From the human T2T-CHM13v2.0 reference genome, Homo sapiens: a stretch of DNA of 64,000 bases. The position numbers and the translations under genes were made by a program. The stretch lies in the NCBI RefSeq assembly GCF_009914755.1, contig NC_060947.1; one strand, given 5' to 3'. Positions 30,261 through 54,059 of this stretch are shown here, piece after piece. The notes under the pieces are model-generated. The model made no database searches. It worked only from the letters and a program-made list of their open reading frames with translations, and was not told the origin of the DNA. Within the stretch, counting starts at the first letter, position 1; every line of letters starts with the position of its first letter.

Positions 30261-31857
30261 AGTAATAATACTGGTATTAGACATTTCTAGGGCTCCCCAA
30301 ATTTCCTGGTTCTCCTTTTCTTCCAGGTACATGCTTCCCTGAACAGGGCCTGAGTGAACATGGCCCTGTACCTTCCTTTGGATAACAAAGTGGAAGTGGA
30401 AAGGATACATGTCCTTTCTGACTGGAGCCATTGAAGAGGCAGTATGGTTTGATTCTCTACATACTCTTCCCCTGATACAACAATTTGGAAGTTCAAGTTG
30501 GGATGGCAGCATCATAAGATGGTGATATCTCTGTCAGCAAAGGTCTTGGGGATGATCAGCAGTGTCCCTGCCAACCTGTGTTGGGCATGTATCATGCGCA
30601 AGCAACAAACCTTTGCTGCTTTAAGGCACTGAGATTTTAGAGTTTCATCAGCTTTAGCCACACTTGGAAACCCCGAAGAATCAGGGACTATTCTAAACAC
30701 GTTGATGTCCCATGCCAATCTCCAGATAAGGGAAAATGGGCACTCTTCACCTCTCCCACCTTGTCGATGGGATGACAAAATTGGGTGCAAGGTTTGGCAA
30801 CAACTTAGCTTAACAGAGGAATCCCAACTCAGTATAAACAAAGAAAAACCACCAGGCAGATGTATGGCCACTTAAAGACATACGGACTCAGAAAAGCTCC
30901 CAAACAGTTCATAGAGGAGGCAGTAAATATTGAGCATATCTTTCTCTCTTCATTTAAACTAACTGAATTATTTTTTCATATTCAAGCACTATAGGATTAA
31001 TGATATTGTAACCAAACCTTATTGGAAAGTATAAGATGGGGATTGAACCTGGTCGGAGGATGATATTTAAGTTGAGGCCTGAAGGAGGAAGAGGAGCTAG
31101 CTATGTGAAAAGAAGAAAGCATGTACAAAGGCAGGAGACAGCATCAGGAGTCTGGGGAAGTTTGGTATGGTCATAACATATGAATGAGGGAGAGGGGGCA
31201 AGAGCTGAGGCTAGGGTGGTAAGCAAGGTACAGAGAAGGTGAGTGCTCATAAACCAGGGAAAGGAATTTGGATTGTTGGGGCAATCACCAGCCGTTGATG
31301 GATATTAAGCAAGAGAGTGACATAATCAGGTTTACAATTTTACAAGCACACAAGAGTTACAGTGTGGTGAATGGATTGGAATGAGCAAGACCACAGGAGG
31401 AGAGAGTGCAGAGCCCTGAATTAATTAGAGACATAGTGTATCAAGTGTATCAGTCAGGGTTCCCTACAGAAACAAACCCAGTATTGTGTGTGTGTGTGTG
31501 TGTGTATATAGATATATATATATATATATACACACATACACATATATATATATACACTATATGATATATAATATATCATATATAAAGCATATAATATATA
31601 AAGTATATCATATATAAAATATATATTATATACATATTAGATTAGAGATGTATTTAAGGAATCAGCTTATGCGATTGTGGGAGCTGGCAAGTTCAAAATT
31701 CATAGGGTAAGCTGGCATGCTGGAAACTTAGATAGGAGTTGTTGCTGGGGTCTTCAGGCAGAATTTCTTTTTCTTCAAGGAGACCCAAGATTTTCAACTA
31801 ATTGGATAAGGTCAACCCAAATTATCAACAGTAATATCCTTAAATTGAAGTCAATTT

Positions 31858-32230
31858 AAACCAGACCCATTCATTAAACCATATACAAAAATTGACACAA
31901 GATGGATTAAAGACTTAATGTAAAACCCCAAACTGTAAACACCCTGGATGACAATGTAGGAAATACCATTCTGGACATAGGAACTGGCAAAAATCTCATG
32001 ACCAAGATGCCAAAAGCAATCACAACAAAAGCAAAAATTGACAAATGGGATCTAATTAAAATAAAGACCTTCTGCAGAGCAAAAGAAACTATCCACAGAA
32101 TAAACAGACAATCAACAGAATGGGAAAATTTTTTTGCAAACCACGTATCTCACAAAAGTCTAATGTCCAGCATCTATAGTTTACTTATATAACAAACCTG
32201 CACATGTACCCCAAACTGAAAAGTTAAAAA
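31858..32230 (+). mobile_element. L1 fragment (ORF2 3' region joined to the last ~50 bp)
   Basis: [24 protein letters not shown]2 homology, then a jump to aacaaacctgcacatgtacccc. Confidence 0.8.
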
Positions 32231-32241
32231 GAGTCAGTTGA

Positions 32242-32554
<313 letters not shown>

Positions 32555-32699
32555 AAAAAGAGTCAGTTGATGGTAGATTTAACTTCATCTACAAAATACC
32601 TTCAAGTAACACCTAGTCTAATGTTTGAATAACTTGGCACTATAGCCCAGCCAAGGTGACATATAAAACTAACCATTGCAGGTAGTTTAGGAGGTAGAA

Positions 32700-34400
32700 T
32701 AGAGAGGTTTTGCTGATTGAATGAATGGAGATTGAGGAATGTGGAAGAATCAAAGGTAACTCCGATTTTTGACTTGAGCAACTGGATAAAAGATAACACT
32801 GCCGATTAGGTTAGAGAAAGGTGAAGAAAGTGCAGGTTAGTGGTGGATAACCATTCAATTTTGGATATGAGTAGTTTTAAGTGTTTTCAAGTTATCCAAG
32901 CAAAGATACTTAAGTGGGGGTCAGAAGAGAGATAAATGTAAGATGTAGTTTTGTAAGTCATCAGGATATCATGGCAAGTTAGCAGTGGGAGTGCATGGGA
33001 TCACTTGGCAAGATAGTGTACAGTGAGGAAGGAAAGAGAAGAAGACCTAAAAGAAAGCCCTGAGTAAACCCAACACTTAGATGCCAAGTAGAAGAGGAAT
33101 ATTCATTAAAGCAAATGAAAAACGCAGCCAGATATGTAAGAAAGCCAGGAGACAAACAACTGAAAACACCAAAGAGAGAGCGACTGCTTCTTGGAGGGAG
33201 CAGATTTATTGCCATCATTTTTCTTGTAGACTTCAGGGAGCCAGCAAAGGCATTCAAGTAGGAAGAATCATTTAACTGCAATGAGCAGGGTAGTATTCGA
33301 ACTATGAGACCCTATTGGTTGGGAGGTTATTTAGGGACCATTTTCTAGCCAAGGGAAGAAATAATAAGGGTCTGATCCAGGACTGTTGATATAGGAATAG
33401 AAAGGAGGAATGGGCTTGAGAAGTATTTTGAAGCAAAATCAACAGACGTCTAATTGGATATGAGCAATAAAAAGTCCAAAATGACCCAGAAGTCTTAAGT
33501 GGAAGAGACCAGATGAAGGGTAGGAAGTCAGAAGGAGATATTAGCTTGAGAGGAAAATATTTGAAGGTCAAGTTTGGACATACTTTAGGCATGGCAAAAT
33601 ATTTATCTGTGTTTCCCAGATGTACCATATCTATCATACCCTTTCATTTTTCTAAGTCTGTCTTCAGCCTCCTCCATGAAAAACACCTTTCCCTTCTTGT
33701 TCGCCTGGACATTATCTACTCAATCTTCAAAGCCCAAATTAAATGTCACTTCTCAGTAGTTTTCACTGACGATTCCAGGCTGAATTAATTGCATCCTCCA
33801 TAGTGTTCCTGCATCACTGTGTTCAAAACTTTGTTTTTAAGAGCATTCATCACATTGGACTACAATTGTATTTTACATACCTGTTTCCCACACTAGACTG
33901 GAGGTCCTAGAGCCAAGGGCCTCTGACTTAGTCCGTCTGGTTCTTCTAGAAGTAAGAACATTGAGCTTGCTTAGTTGATCTCCATCTTGGAGCTCAGGAA
34001 AGGGGCAAGGCTAGATATATGAATATTATAGTGTCACTGATATAGAGGCGATCTCTAAACAAATGGAAATAAATATATCACGCCTGGTTGTGGAGTGACT
34101 AAAGAATACAAATATTAGATGGCAGCAGGACCAAATGTCAGGGAACGCTTACATTTATCCAACAGGATGAGGATCAGGAGAATGTGAGAATTGAGCTTTG
34201 TCTGTCAATTAAAATATATTTATTGGGGAAATACTATGACCTATTTAATATTTAGGCACTGAAAACACAGCAACAAATGAGGCAGACTAGTTCTCTTCTC
34301 TTGTAGAACTTACAGACCAGAAAGGACACATAGATTCCCTGAGAAAAAGAGGGAAGTTAGTTGTTTCAAATGCTGCAAAGTGTTTGAGAAGGATAAATAC
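32700..34400. repeat. L2 fragments in both orientations
   Basis: Degenerate L2 motifs (tcaaaggtaactcc, ctactcaatcttcaaagcccaa). Confidence 0.5.
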
Positions 34401-34969
34401 TTTAGTGGCTTTCAAATTTGAAAAGTGGAAGCCAAAATAACCATGTAGCCAATTTCATTCTAAGAATAAAGGCCAAGGGTGTTGTGAAGGAAAGGAAGTT
34501 GCAGATTCAGGTGCAAAAGTATAGAAGTAAGAAATATAGACTTTTTAAAATTTAGTAGGCCCTTGAGATGCAAAAATTGGAGCAGGTGGTATAATCAGAT
34601 AATGTGGGCTCCAAGAGAGAGGAAATTGACCACAAGCATTGAAACCATGGTTTGGGGTAGCAAAGAGGTCTAAGAAATTTACTGACCTCTTCTTTTCCCC
34701 TGGAAGTAGAAGGAGAAGCAGTATCCATTGAAGGGAGTTTCCAGCACAGTGGTTAACCCAGGGAGGATTAATCAGTTGGAAGCTAATTCAAGGGGTAGGA
34801 AAGCAGAGGAAAAGAAAAAAATGTGAAGATTTAGAGCAGCTTCTTTATATTAGGATGGAGATTTTAAAGGGCACAGTGGAAGAAGCTGATAGAGTGTGTA
34901 AGAGGTGGAGTGTGCTTGAGTGGTAGTAGTTCAGGGCATGAACTGGGTGCATGTGAGGCTATTAAAGAT

Positions 34970-35290
34970 GGTAGTGGCTTGCCCAACATCCACCCAAACC
35001 TCTTCAGGTATGTCTTCCTATACCGCAGAAGCTAGAAAGCTAAAAAGCCACATTTTCCAGATTCCTATGCAGACAGGATTTTGGATGTGATTTTGGTACA
35101 GCCAATCAGTTGTAATTACATCATGTGTGATTTCCAAACTGAGCCAAATGGGAAGGAAGTGGCATGCAAGACATTCATTTTGCTGGTGAGGGTCGGGAGC
35201 CAATAGTTCTGGCAGCAGGTTCCTAATCCCCAGATCTCAGCAAACTACGGTTTTCCTAGAACCAACTGTTCCAGAAATGACTTACTGATC
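34970..35290 (+). mobile_element. LTR33-like LTR, 5' part
   Basis: gcagaagctagaaagctaaaaagccacattttccagattcc motif; the remainder appears at ~44650-44833. Confidence 0.55.
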
Positions 35291-35296
35291 CCCAGG

Positions 35297-36150
35297 CAAA
35301 GTACATGAACAGATACTTCCCAAAAGAAGGCATATAAGTGGCCAAGAAACATATGAAAAACTGCTCAACATCACTAATCATCAGAGAAATGCAAGTCAAA
35401 CCCACTGTGAGATACCATGTCACACCAGTCAGAACTGCTCTAATTTAAAATGTCAAAAATTAACAGATGCTGGCGGGGCTGTGGAGAAAAGGGAATACTT
35501 ATACACTGTTGGTGGGCATGTAAAGTAGTTCAGCCACTGTGGAAAGTAGTTTGGAGATTTCTCAGAGAACTAAAAGTAAAACTACCATTAGACCCAGCAA
35601 TCCCATTACTGGGTATATAACCAAAGGAATATAAATAATTCTACCAAAAACACACATGTACTCATATGTTCATCACAGCACTATTCGCAATAGCAAAGAC
35701 ATGCAATCAATCTAGGCGCCCATCAATATTGGATTGGATAAAGAAAATCATGGAATACTATGCAGCCACAAAAAGGAATGAATTCATGTCCTTTGCAGCA
35801 ACATGGATGCCACTGAAGGCCATTATCCTAGGCAAATTAACACAGGAACAGAAAACCAAATACTGCATGTTCTCAGTTATAAGTGGGAGCTAAACATTGG
35901 GTACACATGGACATAAAGATGTGAACAATAAACACTGGGGACTACTGGCGGTGGGTAGAGGGAAAGGGGAAAGGGCTGAAAAACTACCTATTGGATACTA
36001 TACTGACTACATGGGTGACTGGATCTCTCGTAACCCTAATCTCAGCATCATGCAATATACCCATGTAACAAATCTGCACTTGTATCCCCTGAATCTAAAT
36101 TAAAAGTTAAAATTATAACAAAAAAATAATAAAAATAAAGATATTTGATT
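35297..36150 (+). mobile_element. L1PB-like 3' end
   Basis: ORF2 C-terminus homology, 3' UTR and A-rich tail. Confidence 0.8.
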
Positions 36151-36159
36151 TAAAAATAT

Positions 36160-36515
36160 ATAATCTGGTAAAGAAACTGAAATGACACAAAAGAATGGAA
36201 AGATATGCTATGCTTATGAATCACAATATTATTAAAATTACAGTACCCTCCCAAAGCAACTTACAGATTCAATGCAATCCTTATCAAAATACCAATGATA
36301 TTCTCCATAGAAATAGGAAAAAAATTCCTAAAAATTATGTGGAAACACAAAAGACTCAAATAGCTAAAGCAATCCTGAGTAAAAAGAACAAAGCTGAAGG
36401 CATTACATTATTGGACTTCAAAATTTACTACAAAGTTATAATAACCAAGACAGCATGGTACTAGCATAAAAACAGACACATAGACCAATGGAGCATAATA
36501 GAGAACCCAGATATA
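36160..36515 (+). mobile_element. L1MA-like ORF2 fragment, left part
   Basis: ORF2 homology ([22 protein letters not shown]); continues after 42264. Confidence 0.8.
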
Positions 36516-42245
<5,730 letters not shown>

Positions 42246-42264
42246 AATAGAGAACCCAGATATA

Positions 42265-43870
<1,606 letters not shown>

Positions 43871-44649
43871 GCATAAGAGTAAACAAAGAAGCAAACAATA
43901 TTAAGTCTTAAGAAAGCAACTGGTTAATATTTAATTATATTATAATTTTTAACAAAAAGGAGAACAAACATCTGCATATTGTTCTATTGCGCTAATGAAT
44001 AATAGCAATGGAATTACAGTATAATAACATTTGCACTATACCTCACAGTTGTCACACAGTTTCACCATAAATTTTAAACACAAATAAAAACTTCAAGTGG
44101 TATCATAGAATGACAGAACTGAAGAAACTGAGGTTTTTTTGTCTTCATATTTACAATAACTGTGCTATTGTTCAAACAGAGGAATGTTGAGCATCACAAG
44201 TGTTAGAAACATGAAGTAACTGTACCTGAAGGAAGCTTGAATGGATTTTAAACTGTGATGAACTTTTTCTCAAAACAGAAATGTATAGTTAGGTCCAGGA
44301 AGCCTGGGGATTGCGTGTATAACTGGAGGTTTTCCAAATTAACTTCCATTTAGAATACAATGTTGATGAAAAGAGATGTAATTTAAATGTGCTGATTTGA
44401 AGTATGCTTATCTATTATTGCAACTCAACAGTAGTCTCAGCAATTTGTTTAGAATATAGCTCAACAAATGATTTTGTTTTCAGAGAAGAGCGTGTTCCCA
44501 CTGACATGATTTAGAATTGTTGACATGGTGATAATAACAAAGCAGACCAAATTATAATTGGTTTTCTTCTTCTTCCTTCTCTAGAGGCAGTGCACTTCCT
44601 CATTGCCTGCAACCAAGGAAATGCTCCCATTGCCCTGGCCTTGATATGT

Positions 44650-44833
44650 CACTGGTTTCCTACTGTGTTGTTCTAGAAATTTTTTCCTGGAAGCCCAGAT
44701 AAGCCTCCTCCTCCAGTCCTTCCTATAATTCTGTAATCAACAAATTCCCTATATGAAAATCCCTCTTTGCTTAAACTATCTAGTTATGTATTCTAACTAT
44801 TCTAGTTATCTGCAACTAAACCCTGACTGATAC
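44650..44833 (+). mobile_element. LTR33-like LTR, 3' part
   Basis: ttcctggaagcccag...gcttaaacta...ccctgactgataca. Confidence 0.55.
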
Positions 44834-45449
44834 AGATAGTAGGCAAGGAACAGGGGATTTTGCTTAGAGCAATAGCTGTTAAAAACATTCATTCCTTTAT
44901 CCATCCATTCACTCAACAAATACTTACATGGATCTCTCTGAATATATATAGCTATGCCTATGTGTTATTCAAATTTGGGGTATTTTCTCCTGAGAGCATT
45001 TAATTTTGACTAGGCGATCAAGTCATGCACAAGAGAGATGGATTGGACAACTATATTAGTTAGAAAGCGTTTGGCTGTCAGAAACAGAAACACTAACTCA
45101 AAATGGTTAAAACTATTAGGAAATATATTATCTTACAAACTGGAAGTTCCACAATGGGTCAAGTTTTGGGGTAGCTCAATGATATCATTAGGTATTCAGG
45201 TTCTTCCTGTCCCTCTCTTCTGCCATACTCCATATTGACTTCATCCTTATACCTGCAGCAAGATGGCTTCAGCTCAACCAGAAACAACAATGATCAGAGA
45301 AAGAGAACAGAATGATTCTCTCTTAGGAGTAAGTAGATTGCTGTGTCATTACGGCCCCACTCACAGGTGATCTGTAGGACAACGGGGAAGGGAACCTGTT
45401 GGGCAGAACTTTGAGTCATGTATTTGGTTGTCCCCTTCGTCTGGAACTT

Positions 45450-46655
45450 GTCTTATTTGCCAGGAAGAAGAAAAAGGCTGTAGCAAGGATCTATGCTGAA
45501 TCATGGCAGAGACTAATGTTGCGGCTGGATGGTCAGGGTCTTGGAAGAAGCAAGTTTGGAGTATTGCAAGTTTGGAGCAAGTTTGGAGCAAGGAAATTTG
45601 AGAAAGAAGTATGTGAATTGATCTAGAATGTATGTCTTGCATATGAATATTTATCAAAAGGTTCTCTTTGTAGGAGAGCTGCTAAATAGTCAGATGGGCT
45701 TAATGCCCATTCAGTGGATATCAATCAGACTCTCTCTACCACTCCGGTGCTTGATGGATGAGCTCATATACAAAGTGGCCTTGGGGACAGAGATGAAAAT
45801 ATGCATGGACTCAATAATATGAATTTCTTCTCACCAAAACATACTACTTCTTGGATGCCCAATTTACCAGCAGCAGCCATTAGCCCTGGGTCCCTGATAT
45901 GGTATAATATCCTATGGGTACCAACGAGCCATCTTGGGACAGTTTGATTGGTTTGGACCCCTTTTATTATAGACTGGACAGTGACTTGTTTCTTAACTTG
46001 AATAGATTGTAACTCCAAATTGGATTTGTTTTCCTGTTTACCATACCTCGGCTAGCCCTACCATCTGTAGATTTATTGAATACCTTACACAGCACTATTG
46101 TATCTCACACAACATTGCTTCTATCAAAGGAACTCACATTACCCTGATCTAAGTACAGCAATGAAATGAAGCCTGTTGGCTTCACTGGTTTTACCACATG
46201 CCAACTCACCTAGAAGAAATCAGCCTAATAAAACAATGAAGTCACCTCTTATAGGTCTACTTATGACATGGCCTAGCAAAAAACACCCTGTCAGTTTGGG
46301 GTACCATCTTGCAGGAATGTGCTGTACATGCTGAACAAGGACTAGTGATCAACATATGGTGTTGTTTCCTCCATAACCAGAACACATGGGGCTGAGAACC
46401 AAGGGATGATGGCAAGATTGACATCTCATGATCCACCTACAAAAAATTTTGTGTTTTGCTTCCTATTCTCACAACTTTGGTTTCTGCTATTTTAGAATTA
46501 GAAGCTTATTATTATTCAATATTTCTTTCAGGGAACACAACAATGATTCCCCTCAATTAGAAGCTGGGACTGCCACCTCATGCTGGTAGGCAAACCAGAA
46601 AAAAAAAAAAGATAATTACTACCTTGGCTAAGGCAACTGATCCTGATTATCATTA
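45450..46655 (+). mobile_element. ERV-L internal fragment (RNase H / integrase)
   Basis: GWSGSWKKQ, IQSGLGDRDE (HHCC-region-like), HNIAS..GTH and FTGFTT/HWFYH-like remnants with stops and frameshifts. Confidence 0.7.
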
Positions 46656-46864
46656 AATGTTATACATTATAGGAATGAACTAGTTTGCTTTTATTACTCT
46701 ACTGAGACATCATTTATGTTATTTCCACTATAACAATGAACATTGTTGTACATGTCCCCTTGTACACATGGGTGAAAGGGTAGATACCTGAAAGTGGAAT
46801 TCCTAGGTCACAGAATATGTGAATATTTAACTTTACAATGTGTTGTCAAAAACTCACCAAAGTG

Positions 46865-47161
46865 GGCCAGGCGCAGTGGCTCATGCCTGTAATCCCAGCA
46901 CTTCGGGAGGCCGAGACGGGCAGATTACCTGAGGTCAGGAGTTCGAGATCAGTCTGGCCAACATATAGTGAAACCCCTTCTCTACTAAAAAATACAAAGT
47001 TAGCCTGGCGTAGTGGCACACACCTGTAGTCCCAGTTACTTGGGATGCTGAGGCAGGAGAATTGCTTGTACCCGGGAGGCGGAGCTTTCAGTGAGCTGAG
47101 ATCGTGCACTGCACTCCAGCCTGGGCAACAGAGCGAGACTCTGTCTCTCAAAAAAAAAAAA
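46865..47161 (+). mobile_element. AluS inside an antisense L1M fragment (~46690-47345)
   Basis: Alu dimer; tcaccaaagtg flanks both sides. Confidence 0.9.
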
Positions 47162-48020
47162 TCACCAAAGTGGTTGTACCCATTTGTAACCCCACCTACA
47201 ATGACCAAAGTCCTATTTGTATATATTCGTGTGGATATTTATTTAGTTTTGCTAATCTGATCAGTGTGAAAAATCTCATTATTGATTTAACTTATATTCC
47301 CATGATTACTTGAGCTCAGGCATCTTTTCATGTCTGTGGTGATATTTGAAAAAAAAATAGTGTCAATTATGTTTTCCACAAGAACAGTAGTTACATTCTG
47401 AGCAGTGGTATGCACCATCTCATGAAACAATTCTTGTATTCATGCCCATGCAACACATTTTTATCTCTAATTAGGTCTGGGTTGTTTAGTATCAAATTTA
47501 GCTCCCTTGAGGGTATAGGACAAAAGAGGAAAGCCAGTGCAGGATTTTAAATTTACATCTGATAATCTGTAAAATGGACACTTCATATGGCTTGTGTGTG
47601 TGTGTGGGGGGGGGGGGGCCTCAATCTCTAATTAGTGTTGTGTAAACCAGGAAGTGCTGAGATGTAATCTTAGGGATTTTGTCCCTTGAGTTCCTGTTAG
47701 TAATTTGGGTTTCTAATGGTATAACGTGGATTGCATTGTAGTAGAACTGCCATGCCTCACGGGTTTGCAGCAACCTCAAATGCTACAGTCAAGTATGAGT
47801 CATAGCATGCCAGAGCTGGATGGTATCTTCACAATCGGGCTATCCACAGCCCATAATTGGTGAAGGGGGGAAACTAAGGCGAATAGAGCTCAACCTGTGA
47901 GGTGGCAAAGAGCTGAGTTCCCAATTGCGTGCTCCAGCTTGATCTGAGACCTCAGGGTGGCTGTGCGGTGTCTGGTCATATGATAATTTTCCACCTGTGC
48001 TATGACATGAACAAGGCTGC

Positions 48021-48196
48021 TGTTGGGAGACAATTTTCCATGGATTTGTTGAGTTTCTGTATGTCTCAGGAGAGCTTTTGTCCTTTGTCTCTGACTCAGT
48101 AGTCTTGCATCTTCTGCCAGCATCTATAAAACTGCAACTAGTTACCTTGTTACTTGAAAGAAGAGTAAAATCTCAGATACTTCACAGCTCCTCACA
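48021..48196 (+). mobile_element. Short, internally deleted ERVL-class solo LTR
   Basis: tgttgggagacaattttccatgg start; agtaaa signal; ...cctcaca end. Confidence 0.5.
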
Positions 48197-48991
48197 GTTG
48201 AAAGCAGTAGTTTCAGAAGCTATTAATAAATGTTTTGTGTGATAAGAATCCTCTCATCAAATTCGTTTTGGAAAAGCTGAAGCCAAAAAAAGAATTTAAA
48301 AAAATATAGAAGGAAAGTGGGTTCTTTTCCTGTTAGACTCTTTGATAAACTAAACAGCATTATAAATGGCTCTTGGGCATGGGGCAGGGATGGGTGGAGT
48401 GTGCTACGTTTCAAGAATTATTGGAATAGGAAGCCTTGCTTCTCCCTTCCTCTGTGGGATGCTTAGGAACACTGGAAATAACAATAGAATAAAAGTAGTA
48501 GAAACGGAAAGTACGTATAATATAATTATGAATAAGGATGGAAATGCAGTTGGGGTGGTTTTCATATCCTTTGTAAACTAGAATGTGGTAAGCTAACAGT
48601 TATGGAAGCAGTACCTACACAGTCCTTTTGCTGGTGTGCCCAAACCAAGGAAGATAATGGGATTTTGCCCAAGGGTCAGATTTTAGAGCCAAAAGGGGGT
48701 CTAGAAACAATGTCCAACCCTTCCATTTTACACATGAGGCACCAAGGCCTAGTGGGAGGAAGGCATTTACTTAGAGCCACCCAGTTCATGGGTGGTAATT
48801 TTAGCAGTAAAACGTAAATGATTTTAGTCACTTTTCAGTGTTCGTCACACATTATTTGTTCTCATGTTATCGTATTGTTTTATTTATTTGTAACTCAGTT
48901 TTAAGGTTTCATAAGGCAAATAGCATTTTGTCTAACACGTAAAGCTTCTACTAAAGTGTAACAATCTATTGAATATCTACGATATTCACTA

Positions 48992-49373
<382 letters not shown>

Positions 49374-49892
49374 ATCCATATTGCCAGTGTCCAGGATGGC
49401 AGCCATAAGCCACATGCGACTATTGAGCACTTGTTAATGTGGCTACTGTGATTGAGGAACTGTTTTCTTAATTTCATTTAATTTTAAGTAATTGAAATTT
49501 GCATTTAAATAGCCACATTTGGCTAGCAGCTGCTGTCGTGAGTGCTGTAATGACGAACTGTAGTGACCATACACTACAGTGTGCACTCTGGGAATGAGGA
49601 GGAATTAACGGCTAAGGTTGGAGTCAGAATCCGAGTTATTCCTTTTTGTTGATCTATGGCAAGCAGTCATGCCACTGGTGCAGGCCTGAAGCCCCGTTCA
49701 CTTGTTCCACAAGCATTTAGCAAGCACCTATATGCCAGGCTTTGAGTGGGAGTGTGGGGGTGCACCAACCACTGGCCACGTGGTTATAAGGGTCTGGGCC
49801 TGTGGAATGAAGCAGAAGACGTCATCGTGAAGGAATCAGTTTCAGGTCTCGCGAGAGTTGGCACATGCCACGCGAGGGCCACTGCCCTATTG

Positions 49893-50102
49893 GCTTCTGA
49901 GTCACGGACTGCCCCGGAAGCTTCTGGGCCACGGACTGCCCCGGAAGCTTCTGGGCCACGGACTGCCCCGGAAGCTTCTGGGCCACGGACTGCCCCGGAA
50001 GCTTCTGGGCCACGGACTGCCCCGGAAGCTTCTGGGCCACGGACTGCCCCGGAAGCTTCTGGGCCACGGACTGCCCCGGAAGCTTCTGGGCCACGGACTG
50101 CC
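49893..50102. repeat. 27-bp tandem repeat, 7 identical copies plus partial copies
   Basis: Unit cacggactgccccggaagcttctgggc; CCGGAAG at 49914, 49941, 49968, 49995, 50022, 50049, 50076. Confidence 0.97.
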
Positions 50103-50151
50103 GGACCGTTGGGCTGTGAGGCAGCGTCTCAGCGAGGCGGCACCCGGAGCC

Positions 50152-50428
50152 ATGTCTTCACATAGGAGGAAAGCGAAGGGGAGGAATAGGAGAAGTCACC
50201 GTGCCATGCGTGTGGCTCACTTAGAGCTGGCAACTTATGAGTTGGCGGCAACTGAGTCGAATCCCGAGAGCAGCCATCCTGGATACGAGGCCGCCATGGC
50301 TGACAGGCCTCAGCCAGGATGGCGGGAATCTCTAAAGATGCGGGTCAGCAAACCCTTTGGGATGCTCATGCTCTCCATTTGGATCCTGCTGTTCGTGTGC
50401 TACTACCTGTCCTACTACCTGTGCTCCG
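50152..50428 (+). CDS. FMR1NB: FMR1NB (FMR1 neighbor, cancer-testis antigen) exon 1 coding part
   Basis: gccATG; MSSHRRKAKGRNRRSHRAMRVAHLELATY...GMLMLSIWILLFVCYYLSYYLCS (TM helix); donor CCG|gtgagt; position next to FMR1. Confidence 0.93.
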
Positions 50429-50529
50429 GTGAGTGCTGGCTCAGGCCAGGCAGGGAAATGCTGGGGGAGGGGGAGGGGGAGGGAGAGGGGGGCGGGGTGT
50501 GGCAACACACCGGCACCAACCATAGGCCT

Positions 50530-50740
50530 TCCTGCCCCTTCCTGTCCTCTCTCCTCCCAAAGGCCTTTATGGCCCTATCCTCAGCAGTCCTTACAAAGTC
50601 CTGCCCTCTCTCGCCTGGCCGCAGGAAGTCTTTCCTGCCTAAACTCACTTATAAAAGACTTTCCCTCCCCAACTTCCCCTAACAAAAGCCTTCCCTTCCT
50701 CACTTCCCGCCACAAAATAGACTAACCTCCCTTGTCGCCC
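50530..50740. repeat. Degenerate ~30-bp CT-rich repeat, segment 1
   Basis: Units such as ttcccttcctcacttcccgccacaaaatag. Confidence 0.55.
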
Positions 50741-50755
50741 CTTTTTAAAAATTGA

Positions 50756-54050
<3,295 letters not shown>

Positions 54051-54059
54051 ACATTTTAT

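Larger units (their letters stand above)
49800..50520 (+). promoter_or_regulatory. FMR1NB: FMR1NB CpG-rich promoter / exon 1 region
   Basis: High CpG density; GACGTCA 49818, TCTCGCGAGA 49847-49856, ATTGG 49889, TGAGTCA 49898, seven CCGGAAG, G-runs 50463-50497. Confidence 0.8.

Noticed and set aside
43900-44655. Possible hAT DNA transposon remnant
   Set aside because: Only one terminal-like motif (gtcactg) is recognisable; too weak to call without a search.
49893-50102. CRISPR-like array
   Set aside because: Head-to-tail identical units with no unique spacers, in human DNA; it is a minisatellite.
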